Below, in pieces: positions 1 through 11,797 of a stretch of DNA of 64,000 bases. Below the pieces are notes generated by a model. The model was not told where the DNA came from, searched no databases, and was given only the letters and a program-made list of their open reading frames with translations. The position numbers were made by a program, and so were the translations under genes. Numbering within the stretch: the stretch's first letter is position 1; every line of letters begins with the position of its first letter. The stretch comes from Rebecca billardiae RCC1528 (lineage: Eukaryota; Protista; Haptophyta): the NCBI GenBank assembly GCA_965240325.2, contig OZ251222.1:1054001-1118000 (forward strand). Direction: 5' to 3'.

Positions 1-58
1 CGCGCCTCAGAGTCACCGATCGTCCCCTGACCTCTGCAGTCCTATGCTCCCTTGAGCG

Positions 59-553
59 TCAGCCGTACATTCGATTAGCAAGCGATGGGTCGATGAGCTC
101 GACGACGGCCTCCACTTCAACAGATGCGTCGAACGGGAGACCCGCGACGCTCACCGCGCTTCGCGCGTGCTGACCAACCTCGGCGCCAAAAGTTGCGACA
201 ATCAGGTCAGTGTAGCCGTTTGCGACGGTTGGTGAGTCGGGGTAGCCAGTCTCGGCGTTCACAAAGACAGTGACCTTGTGCCAGCACCGAACGTTGTTGA
301 GCCCGCCGCATCGCTCGCGCAGGAGTGCCAGGTGACCCAGCGCACACGTGCGGGCCGCAGCCGCGCCGGCCGCAGCATCCTTCACCTTCCCGACGATGAG
401 CTCGTCAGTGGACGAGCGCGAAATGTACCCCGAGAGGAAGCACGTGTTACCGGCACAGCTGAAGGGGAGGTAGTGTCCCCCTGGCGGTGCCACGGGAGGC
501 AGCTCCTCGCCGTTGGCGAGCGCCGCCTTGAGCAGATCGTCGGCCCCGGCCAT
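59..553 (-). CDS. RidA/YjgF/UK114 superfamily protein (Atu1372-like subgroup)
   Basis: 164 aa ORF with P-G-x-Y-x-P near the N-terminus, FLSG, KVTVFVN, VANG, HARSAVSVAGLPFDASVEVEAVV at the C-terminus. Confidence 0.88.
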   Translation of the reverse strand: MAGADDLLKAALANGEELPPVAPPGGHYLPFSCAGNTCFLSGYISRSSTDELIVGKVKDAAAGAAAARTCALGHLALLRERCGGLNNVRCWHKVTVFVNAETGYPDSPTVANGYTDLIVATFGAEVGQHARSAVSVAGLPFDASVEVEAVVELIDPSLANRMYG

Positions 554-666
554 CGTATCACTTCGCCGTCTGTGAAATCGGAAAGCTCGATCGACGATGA
601 AAGTCCGGCTCCGCGGCCCTCGCTAGCTTGGCGCCTGGCGGCGGCGTGGTGCCGGCTCATGAACCA

Positions 667-697
667 GCCAATAGGCAAGCCCTTGCCAATAGGTAAG
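667..697 (+). promoter_or_regulatory. Duplicated CCAAT-box-like element (GCCAATAGGYAAG x2) in the divergent RidA/GAD intergenic region
   Basis: GCCAATAGGCAAG at 667 and GCCAATAGGTAAG at 685, followed by an AT-rich TATA-like ATATAAT at about 721. Function is inferred. Confidence 0.4.
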
Positions 698-885
698 TTT
701 CCGTTGACGAATCTGATTAGATATAATACTGGCCCCTCGCGCAAACCGCGGGCACGCGTGCGGCGGCGGCGGCCGCGCGAGTCAGGAGCGCCTCGCGATC
801 TTGACGACGACATCAACCAGTCCGACTCGGTCACGCTCGTACGGCTTGCCCGGCAACAGTACCACGCGTACGGCACATCGCGCAG

Positions 886-3126
886 ATGGCCCCGCCGAGC
901 CTGAGCATGTCTGATGGGGACCTCCCGTCGTCCTACGCGGATGCCGTGACGCGAGTGTCCTCTAAACTCCCGTCCCACCCGGCAGCCCTGAGCTCGCCCG
1001 GCACGAGCCGGTCCCGGACCTCGCGCTACCTCGCGTGGGAGGCGAAGCTCGCCGAGGTGGGCGAGTCGGAGGACGACACCAACGCGGTGCAGCCCGTCGT
1101 GAGCGAGGGCGCGCCCTACTACGCCGCGTCGTGCGCGGCCCAGCCCCTGCACCCGTGGTTTCCCAAGGAGGGCTCACCGGCGCAGTTCGCCAAGGCGCGC
1201 GTCGCCGAGTACCAGCTCCTCGACTTCAACCCGCAGCTCAACACGTCGTCGTACGTGAACGTGGTGTTCGAGCCGGAGGAGATCGACGTGGCGAAGCTGG
1301 GCATGCAGGTCAACATCGCCGACCAGACCATCTACCCGGGCTCGTTCCGCCTGCACAACGACACGCTCAACATGGTGGCCGACCTGTGGCACTGCCCCAA
1401 GCCCGAGAGCTTCGAGGAGTTCGGGTGCTTCCCCGGCGCGGGGACGGTCGGATCCACCGAGGGCTGCCTCCTCGCCGGCCTCGCGCTCAAGTTCCGATGG
1501 CGCAAGTGGTACGCGGAGACGCACGGGCTGGACGAGCGCCAGGTGCGGCGCGAATACCCCAACATCATCATCTCGACGTGCTTCCAGGCGTGCTGGGAGA
1601 AGTTCTTCCGGTACATGGACGTGGAGCCCAAGTTCGTGCAGCCCGAGTCGACCACCTTCCGGATGAGCCCGGCGCAGGTGCGCGAGGCGTGCGACGAGCA
1701 CACCATCGGCGTCGTCTGCATCCTCGGCAACCACTACGGCGGGCAGTACGACCCGGTGGCCGAGGTGGGGCAGGCGCTGCAGGACCTGAACGACGCCAAC
1801 GGCTGGCAGATCGGCATCCACGTGGACGCGGCGTCTGGCGGGTTCGTCGCGCCGTTCCAGCGCGGCGTGCGCCCCTGGGACTTCCGCGTGCCCCAGGTGC
1901 TCTCGATCTCGGGCTCGGGGCACAAGTTTGGCGTCTCCGTCTGCGGCACGGGCTGGGTCGTTTGGCGCGATCGGGAGGACCTGTCGGACCACGTGGCTGT
2001 CGACGTCAGCTGTGCGCGCGCGCGGCACCGTGCGCGGGCGGCCCCGAGCGCGGCCCGCCCTGCGCGCGGGTGCGCTCACGCCTTGCCTGCACGCCGTGCG
2101 CCCGCCCTCGCCTTCGCCCTGCTCCGCCTGCCTGCGTGCGACGGCATCAGACCTCGGCGGCCGCGGCGAGTCGTACACGCTCAACTTCTCGCGGCCCGCC
2201 TCTGGCTCGTACGTGCAGCTGTACAAGTTCCTGCGGCTCGGCCGCCCGGGGTACAAGAACCTGGTGACCAACATGATGTCCAACGCAGCGTACATCCGCA
2301 ACGAGCTGCGCAGCTTCGTGCGGGACGGCAAGCCGCTGTTCACTGTGCGCGCGCCGCTGCTGCGCGGACAGCGGCGCGTCCACGACCGCGTGCGCGTGGC
2401 TTGGCAGCGGGGGCCCTGCTCTGCGCGCTGGACTCAGTTGGGGCCACCCGGCTGCCCCCGCGTACCCGCGGCGACGACAGATCCTCGACGATGGCGACTT
2501 CAGCTGCCTGCCCGTCGTGAGTGCCATGTTCAACCGCGAGCTGGATCTGCCCTACGATGCCATCGATCTGCAGCACGCGCTCGCGGAGCGCCACTGGTAT
2601 GTCTCAGGTGCGTGCGATGGAGCGGCGCCGCACGCGCACACGACCGCCGGGCGGATGGCTAGCCTCGGCGGCTGCTCGGCGCGCACGGCGCAGTGGCGCC
2701 ACGTCTCCCGCGCGTGCGCGCGCCCCACCCGCACTCTCGCGCCGACGCTCACCCCGCCCCACCCCCGGTCTCTCCGCCCCGCCCGGCACTCGTTGCGTCG
2801 AAACGCTCGCAGGATACAAGATGTCCTTCCACAACCCGATCACCAAGGAGGAGATGGCCCTGTTCTCGGACCTCCCGAAGGAGCAGGCCATGTTCCGCAT
2901 CGTCGTCAAGCAGAACCTCACGCGCCCCCTGGCCACGGACCTCATCGACGCGATCGCCGCGACCGTGCACTTCCTCGATCTGTCCGGGCCCTTCTTCAGA
3001 TCCGTCCACATCGCGCGCAACGAGGCAGCGCAGAGCCAACCGTCCCGGTCCGAAGAGCCCGCGGTCGCGAAGACACCGCAGCCGCGCATGGGGCGCCGCC
3101 GCGTGAGCATCGCCGCGGTGTGCTGA
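886..3126 (+). CDS. GAD: Glutamate decarboxylase (PLP-dependent, group II), 4 exons
   Basis: TVGSTEG, HVDAASGGF, WDFR, SGHKFG (PLP lysine). Introns 2012-2150, 2345-2480 and 2608-2812 restore VSYLGG...TLNFSRPA, FTILDD and WYVSGY. Confidence 0.93.
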
Positions 3127-3632
3127 GCGTCGCCGTTCGGCCGGCAGTGGACTCCGAGCCGGCATCGTCGTCGGCAGCCGCCGTGCCGCCGCCGGCCGGC
3201 TGTTTCACTTTGCCAGCGTCCACCCGTCAACAAGTCCGAGCGCGAGTCGGTCAACGATATTGCTCGGTGCCACTGGCCCACCTGGCACTGCCCAGCGTTC
3301 AGTGTCAGCAGTGCTCTGGCGGGGACAGTCAATGCCATCACAGTAGAAGTCTTCGAATGTGTGAGAATGTGTGACTTCGCGGCTGCACCGGCCGCACTCC
3401 CGCAGCGCTAGCTGGCCCCAGACCCAGGCACCCAGCCGGGCGACGGTCTGAGTCGCGCGGCACGCTCCAACTCTACTCACTCTAGGCCGCGCCGAAGGCT
3501 CCGCGGTCTAACTTGCACGGCGGCGGTCTGACAACTGCTGCTGCTCAGGGTCCATCAGTCGTCACAGACAAATCCCGAGGCCAGCGCGAATATTGATGGC
3601 GGCAGCGCTTCGGTGCACGCAGAAGCCACTCC

Positions 3633-4043
3633 TCACGTCTTCTTGATCCACTTGCCGTCAGGGCCCTTGACCCATTCGCCTGGCTTGTCTGCCTGCATCC
3701 GCTTGCGCGACTCAGAGCCGTCCGGGTCGATCGTGACAGGTGGTAGCCCCGAGTAATCGTGCCGTGGCTCCTGCTTCGGCGTACGGGACCACCGCGCGGT
3801 CTCGTAGTAGTAGGTCTCTGCCGCCTCATCGTAATAGAACGAGGTCACGAACGAGCATGCCTTGCAGCGGAACACGGTCGACCCGTACCCGTCGCCGTTC
3901 ATCCTGCAACCGGCCACAATGTCCTCCGAGGAGATCTTTTGCGCCGAGCATTTGGGGCAGGTTTTGAAGCCTGACCGCCAAAGCGCCTGCTTCACGCTCT
4001 CGCTCTGATCTCCGTGCCGCTCCTGCGCGCCAAACGCCGCCAT
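3633..4043 (-). CDS. Small zinc-ribbon-like hypothetical protein
   Basis: ATG at 4043. Two CxxC pairs (CPKC, CKAC), aromatic-rich FYYDE...YYY segment, coding-like composition. Confidence 0.6.
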   Translation of the reverse strand: MAAFGAQERHGDQSESVKQALWRSGFKTCPKCSAQKISSEDIVAGCRMNGDGYGSTVFRCKACSFVTSFYYDEAAETYYYETARWSRTPKQEPRHDYSGLPPVTIDPDGSESRKRMQADKPGEWVKGPDGKWIKKT

Positions 4044-4239
4044 CACCGTGGCGGCCGCCTCCGGCCGCCCGCTCCACCCTACAGTATTGAGTGCGCGCTC
4101 GCCGCCCGACCGGCACCGGACACGCCCCATCCCGCCGCCAAGCCCGGCCGTCGTGCAAGGGGTTGGCGCTCCCGATCACACCAGCCGACGGGTGGTGCCT
4201 GCGGGGCCCGCTGCGGCGAGTTGCGCGAGCTGACCAACC

Positions 4240-7200
4240 ATGAGCGACGGCCCTCGCTCATCGGCATTCGGGTGCGCCCAGCACCCACGCGGCGAAGCGC
4301 GCGCGCGCGTATGCGCGCTTGCGCTCGATCGCTGACGACGCCCGCGGCCCTGCACATCATGCGCGGCGCGCGTGCGGCAGGAAGCTCGTGCTGACCGACC
4401 TTCCGTCGGGGATCTCCAGCGAAGTGGTCCGATGCTACTTCTCACGCTACGGTGAGGTGGTCGACGTGCACATCAGCCGCGCCGAGGACCAGCGGCCGTG
4501 GACGGGGATGGTGCGCTTCGCGACGGCCGAGCCGCTCGACGTGGTCGTCCAGCAGCCGCAGCACGTGATCGACGGCTCGCAGGTCGGCGTGGAGGCGGTC
4601 TCGACCTCAGAGGAGGGCTGCCGCGTGTACGTCGTCTGCTCCAAGTTCTGCTCCGAGGCGTGCCTGCGCGACGTCTTCCGCGAACACGGCACAGTCGTCG
4701 CGTGCAAGGTGCTTCGTGATCGGCGCCACCAGTCGCGCGGCTGTGCGTACGTGACGTTCTCGGAGCCCGCCGGCGCGGAGCGAGCGATTGCGACTGTGAA
4801 TGGCATGGACCTGCGTGGGCGCACGCTCAAGGTGCTGCTCTCCGACGAGCGCCGGCCGACCGACGCGTCACCGCACGCGTCGCCAGTGGCGGGGGCGGCC
4901 GTCCCTGCTGGCCAGCCACCGCCCACCACGCTGCCACCGCTCGCCTCGCAGTGTGCGGGCTGCACCGGCGATGTGCCCGCGGCCGTCGCAGCGGTCCCGC
5001 CGCCCGCGCCGACGCCGCCGCCGCCGTGCACTGCCAGCGGCGCGGGGCCGAGCGCAGCGGCCGGTACGGCGGGCACGCCGGCGCCGGCCGCGTTCGGGGC
5101 GGCTGCATCCGCTGCAGCTGGAGGCAGCGGCGGAGTGGCGCCTGGCGCGTATCTGTGCGGCGCGCACCAGCTGCCGCCGGCTGCGGGGATCGTGATGCCG
5201 CTCGCTGCCATGGGCGCGTGCGCAGCCGCGCCGCCGTCGGCTGCTCGCGGGCTCGCTGAGTGTGGCGGGCACTGCGCACATCCGGCGCCGTGCATGCCGA
5301 TGGCTCCGGGGCTGGGCGGCTCGGCCGGAGTGAGCCAGCAGGACTTCCGGAGCGACGGCATCCGTGCGTCGACGAGCACCCGCGCCTCAGGCCAGCGCGC
5401 GCGCGCCCAGGGCCGCGCGCGGAACCACGGGCGCGAGCAGCAGGTGCGACTATCGCACGGGCTGCAGCCGCCGCCGCCGCCGCCCGGCCACGGCCACATG
5501 GGCGCGCCTGTGATGCCCATGGCGGGTGCAGGGTACATGGCAGGGATGTGCGCCGCGCCGCACATGCCGCCGGCAGGCGTGCACGCGCCCGGCGGCGGCT
5601 GGCAGCTCCTCGCAGGCCAGCTCCAGCCCGTCTCGCACATGGCCGCGTACGGCGCCGTCCCTGGCGGCCCGCCGGTCGTCGGCTGCGGCGGGTATCTGGC
5701 TCACTATGCTCCGATGCATGCCGTTCTGCCCGTGCCCGGCCCGCCGCACGCGGCGGAGGCGGCCGCGGCCGCATCGGTCGGCGCGAGCGAGCTCGCGCGC
5801 GCGCGTGCGGCGGAGGCGCGCGCCGGGCCCGGCGGCGCTGCGAGCGCGCACGTAGCGGCAGCGATCGCAGCGGCGGCGGCCGCGGCTGCGATGGGCAACG
5901 CAAGCGCCGCGGCCGCGCCGTGTGCCCCGTCCGCTGGCCAGCACGCTGCGGGTGCATCCTCCGCCGGCGATGGCGCCGGCGGGACGGCAGCGGGCGCGCC
6001 CGCGGCCACCGTGCACTCGGGAGCGCTGCGCGCCCTGCCGGCCACGCTGCCCGAGGGCGTGCAGCTCCCGCACAACTTCGCGGCACACTCGCAGGTCAAC
6101 AGGGCGGCGCAGACGCTGTCGGTGCGCCGCGCGCGCGCGCGCCCCGGGGGCCCGCCTCCGCACGCGCGTCCGCCTGAGCGGCCGTGTCGTGCGCGTGGCG
6201 GCGCGCGCCCGCGCTCACGCCCGACACTCTAAAACTCGCCCGGGCGCGCGCGCGCGCGCGCGCCGTCGCGCCCATCACGCGCGCAGGCCGCGGCCGCGCA
6301 GGTGCAGCAGTACTCCGCACTGCTCGAGTCGACACGCGCGATCTTCAGCGCAGTGCGCCCCGAGCTGATGGCTGCGGTGCCGGACGCGCTCGACGAGAGC
6401 CCCGCCGACTCGCGAGCGCTGCTGGATGACTTGCGCAGGGGTCGCGACGGCCTGAGGATTATACACGCCGAGAGCGCGCGCAAGCTCGCTAAGATTCGCA
6501 CGGTGCGCGCCGCCGGCGCGCGGGGCGTGCGCGCACCGCGCCGCGGCCAGGCGGTCGTGCTGCGCCCCTGTGCCAGCCCAGCCCAGCTCGCGACCCCGCG
6601 CGCGTGCGCCGCGCGCGATGTGTGATTGCGTTGGATCGCCAGCCAGCCTCAACAGCGGCGCCTCGCATTCCGCGCGCCAAGACGAGCGCCGCTCACGCCC
6701 GTGTGCGGCACGCCCGAAAACTAATCCTACCCCGAACCCCCGCGGCCCCGCCTCCTGGCGCCGTGCAGGAGCTGACCCAAGTCGATGCCGAGCTCCAGCT
6801 CTCCGCGATGATGCACCGGCCGTCCTCGCCGCAGCGCTCGCCCGCCGACGGCGGCGAGGGCGGCGGCGGTGCGGCGCGCGCTCAGGCACAGGCGTCGAGT
6901 GCGCAGGCCACGCCCGCCGAGCGCTCGGAGCCAGAGGCCGGCGGCTCGGCTTGCGGCGCGCGCGGGAGCGATCGCGACACCGTCGCGGACGACGACGTCG
7001 CGATCGAGCGCAGCATGGCACAGCTGCGCGCGATGCTCTCGCAGCAGGTGCACGCGATTTCCGAGGCGCTCGCGCGCGCAGAGGCGCACGAGCAGCAGAT
7101 GAGTGGCGCGGCCGCCGGCGCCGACGACGGCGGCGGCGGCGGGGACGGCGGGGGCCGAGGCGGCGGGAGCGCTGGCCCCGAGGGGAGCAACGGGCTCAGC

Positions 7201-7695
7201 GCGCCTGCGGACGGCGCGCACGCCACCGGCGAGAAGAAGCCCTCGACCGCGGTGGATAGGGAGCACTCGGCCACACCTCCGGCTGAGCCAGAGCACGCCG
7301 CCGCCAGCGCCGCCGCCGAGCGAGACGACGGCATGGAGACGACGGCCGCGGCCGGCCGCGCGATCCCACGCGCCGGCCGCGGCTCCATCGACATGATCGA
7401 CGGCGCGAGCCGGCTGAAGAACGCGAGCAGCGCGTCCTCCGCCGAGCTGCGCAACTTCTTCCTCACGCAGGCGCGCCGCCAGCTGTCCGAGGTGCCGATC
7501 ATGTGCCCGCCGACGGATGCGGGCCTCGAGGACGGCGCGAGGAGCGGGGAGGCCGGGGGCGGGATCGCCGCGATGACGCAGCAGGTGGCGCGGCCGTGGC
7601 CACTGCAGACGGCGTTTCTGTACAGCCCGCCGCTGGCGCCGACGCCCGCGGGTGTCGCGTCCGACATGATGCACATCGAGGCGCTGGCGCTGTGA
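4240..7695 (+). CDS. RNA-binding protein with two RRM domains, a low-complexity Ala/Pro/Gly region and a C-terminal coiled coil, 4 exons
   Basis: RRM1 KLVLTDLP...YFSRYGEVVDV...GMVRF; RRM2 FREHGTV...SRGCAYVTF...AIATVNGMDLRGRTLKV. Predicted introns 4272-4380, 6122-6301 and 6503-6768 (all GTGCGC..CAG, frames join). Confidence 0.75.
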
Positions 7696-7834
7696 GTGTG
7701 AACCGAGGGTGAGACATACTGTCGCGTATATACTGCCAAGGGTGCTAATAATAAATTCGGGCTCCGGGTGCTGACTGCTGAGTCAGGTTTTTTCGTCAGC
7801 ACGAACGAAGCTCGGCGAAGTACTGCTCGGCGCC

Positions 7835-10054
7835 ATGGCGACGGCGATCACTTCGGCGGCGCATAGGATGCTGGAGGAGCGCTGCTCGATTATCGGCTGC
7901 GGCGCGCCGGTGGACGAGGGCGCGCCGCACGTCTGCGTTTCTGGAGACCAGCTCGAGGCCATGCTCGACCTTCACCTGCGCCACGGCTCGCACGTGCGCG
8001 CGGCGAGCGGCGGCAAGGCGGTGATGCGTTTCTGCGAGAGGCACGCGAGCCCGGCGGTGATGCTGCTCGGCGAGCACGTCGCGGAGGTGCCCTCGTCCAC
8101 AGGCGCCGAGCCATACCGCATCGGCCGCGTCGAGCGCCTCGTGGTCGACTCGGACGACGTGCTCGCCGTCCAGCCCTTCTTCGAGCGCTACGGCGCAGAC
8201 GCGGTTCAGTACGGCGTGCGCTTCTACCCGCCGGTCACTTCGGATGGCCGCACGCTGGGCAGCGTGCCCTGGTTCGAGGACGAGTCGCCGGCCGAATCAG
8301 ACATCTCCCAGACCTTCTCGCACGCGGAGGTGCGCCGCGGCATCGCCGTCTACGAAGGGTTGAACGCGTACGTCGAGACGTGCGCGCCCGCGCGGCTGCG
8401 GCGATCGGAGGACAGCCGCGCGCGCATCGACCGCAAGCTGGCGGAGGTTCGCGCGCGGGCGCGGTGGCAGACGGCGCTGATCGGCCACCGGCTGATCGAC
8501 TTCTTCTCGCGGTACCGCGGCACGTGGCAAGCCCGCGCGGGCATCCTGATCTCGCGCGCGATCGTGGTCGTGCTTACCGCCAGCTGCCTGTTCGCCACAT
8601 ACCTAGCTATGGTCACGCGCGGGCTGCACGCGCGCGCGACCATCTCGGCGGCGGTGATGTCGGTGCTCGCGACGTCGATCTCGATGTTCGAGATCATCAG
8701 CCACCTGCAGAACGTGCACTCGCCCGAGCTGCAGCTCTACGTCGTGCGCATCCTCTTCGTCGTGCCCGTCTTCTCCATCGACTGCTGGTTCTCGCTGCGG
8801 TTTGCCAACAACCCGAACGAGCTCACGATCTACATCAACGTGGCGCGCGACGTGTACGAGGCGTTCGTGATCCACACGTTCTTCCTGTTCCTCACGGCGT
8901 GCTTCGGCGAGGGCGGCGGCGGCTCGCGCCTCGCCGCCGTGCTCGCCTCCAAGCCCGCGCAGCACCACCACTTTGGGCTCGGCCTGTGCCTGCCGATGCC
9001 GCGGATGGGCAGTCCCTTCCTGCTGCTGTGCAAGTACGCGACGCTGCAGTTCGTCGCGGTCAAGACGCTGCTCACCGCGGTCGAGGTGGTGCTGCACGCG
9101 ACGGGGCACTACCAGGAGGGCGACCTGAGCCCGCGCTCGGGCTACCTCTGGCTCTCGCTCGGCATCAACTGCTCGCAGATGGTCGCGCTGTACGGCCTTC
9201 TCCTGTTCTACCACGCGCTTGCCGAGGACCTCGCGCCGATCCGGCCGCTCGGCAAGTTCATGTCTGTGAAGCTGATCATCTTCTTCACCTTCTGGCAGTC
9301 GATCGCGATCGCGATCGCGGTGCACGCCGGCCTGATCAAGGACACCGAGCACTGGCAGGTGAAGCACATCTCCACCGCGCTGAACAGCTACCTGCTCTGC
9401 GCCGAGATGCTGATCGCGGCGGTGCTGCACCGAACCGTCTTCTCGCACAGGGACTTCATCGGCGGGCAGATCGTGCAGGAGACGCGCCGGCCGCGCCGCT
9501 TCGACTCGATGGTGTTCGAGGCGATCAACCCGAAGAGCATCGTGGTGGACACGGGGAACATGCTCTGCGCCTTCGCCACGTGCACGTGCTGCGATGCCGC
9601 CGTCATGCACTCCCGGAGGGCGACAATGGTCCGGCTGCCCACCACCGTGCACGAGCTCGAGCTGGAGGACCGGACCGCGGGCGCTCATCCGAGCGGCGCG
9701 GACGTGGAGGAGGCCGCGGCCGTTGCGCCTGCCGAGGGGTGGCACGACGCCCCGAGCGGCGGCGGTGGCGCGGCGGCAGCGAGCGCGCAGCGCGGGCCGA
9801 TCTTCTCGTCGTTCCGCAACCTGCTGCTCAGGGCGAGCGGAGCCGCCGACGGCGCTCCTCATCTCGGCGACGAGATCGACGACGCGGACCGTCGGCTGAC
9901 CGCGCTGCCGAGTGGCGCCACCTGCTCGAGGTTTGTGAGCGTGGCGGCAGCGCCGCCTGACGCGGAGGACGCGGATCGCGCAGCTGCGTCCAGAGCGAGC
10001 GCGCCGGCAGCTGCTCAGTCTGGCACAGCCTCCTCGTCGTCCATGATGCACTGA
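7835..10054 (+). CDS. TMEM184 / organic solute transporter alpha family membrane protein with N-terminal extension
   Basis: VVRILFVVPVFSIDCW, RDVYEAFVIHTF, LQFVAVK, ALYGLLLFY, KFMSVKLIIFFTFWQ, LLCAEM. Confidence 0.9.
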   Translation: MATAITSAAHRMLEERCSIIGCGAPVDEGAPHVCVSGDQLEAMLDLHLRHGSHVRAASGGKAVMRFCERHASPAVMLLGEHVAEVPSSTGAEPYRIGRVERLVVDSDDVLAVQPFFERYGADAVQYGVRFYPPVTSDGRTLGSVPWFEDESPAESDISQTFSHAEVRRGIAVYEGLNAYVETCAPARLRRSEDSRARIDRKLAEVRARARWQTALIGHRLIDFFSRYRGTWQARAGILISRAIVVVLTASCLFATYLAMVTRGLHARATISAAVMSVLATSISMFEIISHLQNVHSPELQLYVVRILFVVPVFSIDCWFSLRFANNPNELTIYINVARDVYEAFVIHTFFLFLTACFGEGGGGSRLAAVLASKPAQHHHFGLGLCLPMPRMGSPFLLLCKYATLQFVAVKTLLTAVEVVLHATGHYQEGDLSPRSGYLWLSLGINCSQMVALYGLLLFYHALAEDLAPIRPLGKFMSVKLIIFFTFWQSIAIAIAVHAGLIKDTEHWQVKHISTALNSYLLCAEMLIAAVLHRTVFSHRDFIGGQIVQETRRPRRFDSMVFEAINPKSIVVDTGNMLCAFATCTCCDAAVMHSRRATMVRLPTTVHELELEDRTAGAHPSGADVEEAAAVAPAEGWHDAPSGGGGAAAASAQRGPIFSSFRNLLLRASGAADGAPHLGDEIDDADRRLTALPSGATCSRFVSVAAAPPDAEDADRAAASRASAPAAAQSGTASSSSMMH

Positions 10055-10347
10055 CGTAGCCGTCGGATGCGCCGGCGCCGCTGCGCCTGAGGCCGATCCG
10101 AGCCCGATGCACGCCAATTCAAACCCTACTGCTACAGTTTTTTTAAGGCGATATATAGCTACGCTATTACTATACATGATGTCGATCTGATTATTGCTGA
10201 TGAATTAAGATGACCAGATGATGTGACTGGGCATCACTTACAGTGAGTTACACCAGGCCGGTGCCGCCCACCAGCAATCTGTGCCAATCAGGCCATGCGC
10301 GCATTGCCGATTGCACTTGCAGGCTGCACGCCGCACTCGTCAGACTG

Positions 10348-11664
10348 CTATGCTGATGACCATGCCCTGCGGTGGCGACTGCCGTGGCTCGGCGCGGGCC
10401 TCCGCTCTGAGTCTGACGACGCGTTGGTCGCCCCGATGCTGACGAATGCGGGGTCGTGAAGGATGGCCGGCTCAGCACACGCAAGGCGTGCTTGTGCGCC
10501 GCCGCTGCCTGGAGCTCCGCCCGCGTCTTCGCGCACCATCCACAGCCCAGCCGTGCGCATGCGCGCCATCTTCTGGTCCTGCTTGCACCGGTTGTTGTGC
10601 ACAAGGAATGGCAGCGCGTGCTCCGAATGCGCGTACCGCTTGGTCCAAAAGTCGTCGCCATTCGGCAGCAGCGCGCGCGAGCGCATCGCGACGATGCGCG
10701 CCGGCCGAGCGAGGTCGCCGCAGTGCACGGGCGCCCAGCGCGCGCAGCCGCTCGCCACGTCGTTCAGGATCGCCTGGTCGTTTTGGTACTCCGGCTCGTA
10801 CGCGCGCGCGCGCACGCCGCACGTGAGCATCGCGGCCATCAGCTCCTCCGCCTCCGCGCTCGCGCGCAGCGCCATGAAGCCCGCGTTGCAGTGGCCGCGG
10901 TACTGCGCGACCGCGATCGTGCGCGGCCGGCGCTGCGCGGACCCCGCGGCGGCAGGCCTACTCGGCGGCACCATGGTGGACACATACCGGCCCCCGAGGA
11001 CGACGGGCTCGTCCTGCTCGAGCGCGCGCACCATGGCCGGCAGCGGGTCCTGAAGCCACGTCACGTCCACGTCCGACCAGATCGCGTGCACGCCCGCGCG
11101 CAGCACCGACAGGATCAGCGCTGGCTTGAGGAGGCAAATCTCGTTGAAGGCGGCGCCGCCGATGTTGGCGATGCCGCCGGCGTCCGCCGCGCCCGCGCCG
11201 GGCAGAGCGACGTGCGCGAGCTCGGCCGCGGGCACCGAAGCCGCCGGCACGGAGGGGATGCCATGCTGCGCGAGGAACGGAACAACCTCGGCGTCGAGAG
11301 CGACGACGAGGAAGTTTTCGCGCCCGAGCCTGCGCATGCCGCACGCGAAGTGCAGGGCGAGCTCGGCGAATCCCGAGTTGGCCATCGAGACGACAAGCGC
11401 GCCATCGCGCGCGAGCGAGCGCACGAGCACCTCGAACGAGCCGCCATGCTCCGTCGAGTTGTTCGTCGGCGGGCGATCGGCGGCCGTGCGCTCGACACCA
11501 GGCGGCGGCGCGACGCGCGCGACCGAGGGCGCGCGACGCGCGGCGCGACGGCGATGATCGAGATGCTCATCGTACACGCCCAGCAGATGGACACAGGTGA
11601 GAAGCGTGCACGCAGCAGCCGCGGCAAGCGCCAGCGCCAGCCGCAGTGCTCGCCTGCGAGCCAT
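10348..11664 (-). CDS. Nucleotide-diphospho-sugar transferase (GT77-like), type II membrane protein
   Basis: N-terminal TM after MARRR; FLVVALD, LKP-LILSVLRAG, WSDVDVTWLQDP (DxD), CNAGFM, NDQAILN, VHNN...KMARMRTAGLW. Confidence 0.85.
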   Translation of the reverse strand: MARRRALRLALALAAAAACTLLTCVHLLGVYDEHLDHRRRAARRAPSVARVAPPPGVERTAADRPPTNNSTEHGGSFEVLVRSLARDGALVVSMANSGFAELALHFACGMRRLGRENFLVVALDAEVVPFLAQHGIPSVPAASVPAAELAHVALPGAGAADAGGIANIGGAAFNEICLLKPALILSVLRAGVHAIWSDVDVTWLQDPLPAMVRALEQDEPVVLGGRYVSTMVPPSRPAAAGSAQRRPRTIAVAQYRGHCNAGFMALRASAEAEELMAAMLTCGVRARAYEPEYQNDQAILNDVASGCARWAPVHCGDLARPARIVAMRSRALLPNGDDFWTKRYAHSEHALPFLVHNNRCKQDQKMARMRTAGLWMVREDAGGAPGSGGAQARLACAEPAILHDPAFVSIGATNASSDSERRPAPSHGSRHRRAWSSA

Positions 11665-11797
11665 CGTCAGCCATCGTGGAAGAGATTTGCTGCCATCGTC
11701 ATTCTTGCTAGATGAAGCGGTGAAGGGCTGAAGGCTGCTGGCAGCGGCCGCCGCGGCTGATGCCGGCCAACTGTCGCCCGACTCGTCGGCGCGGCAG

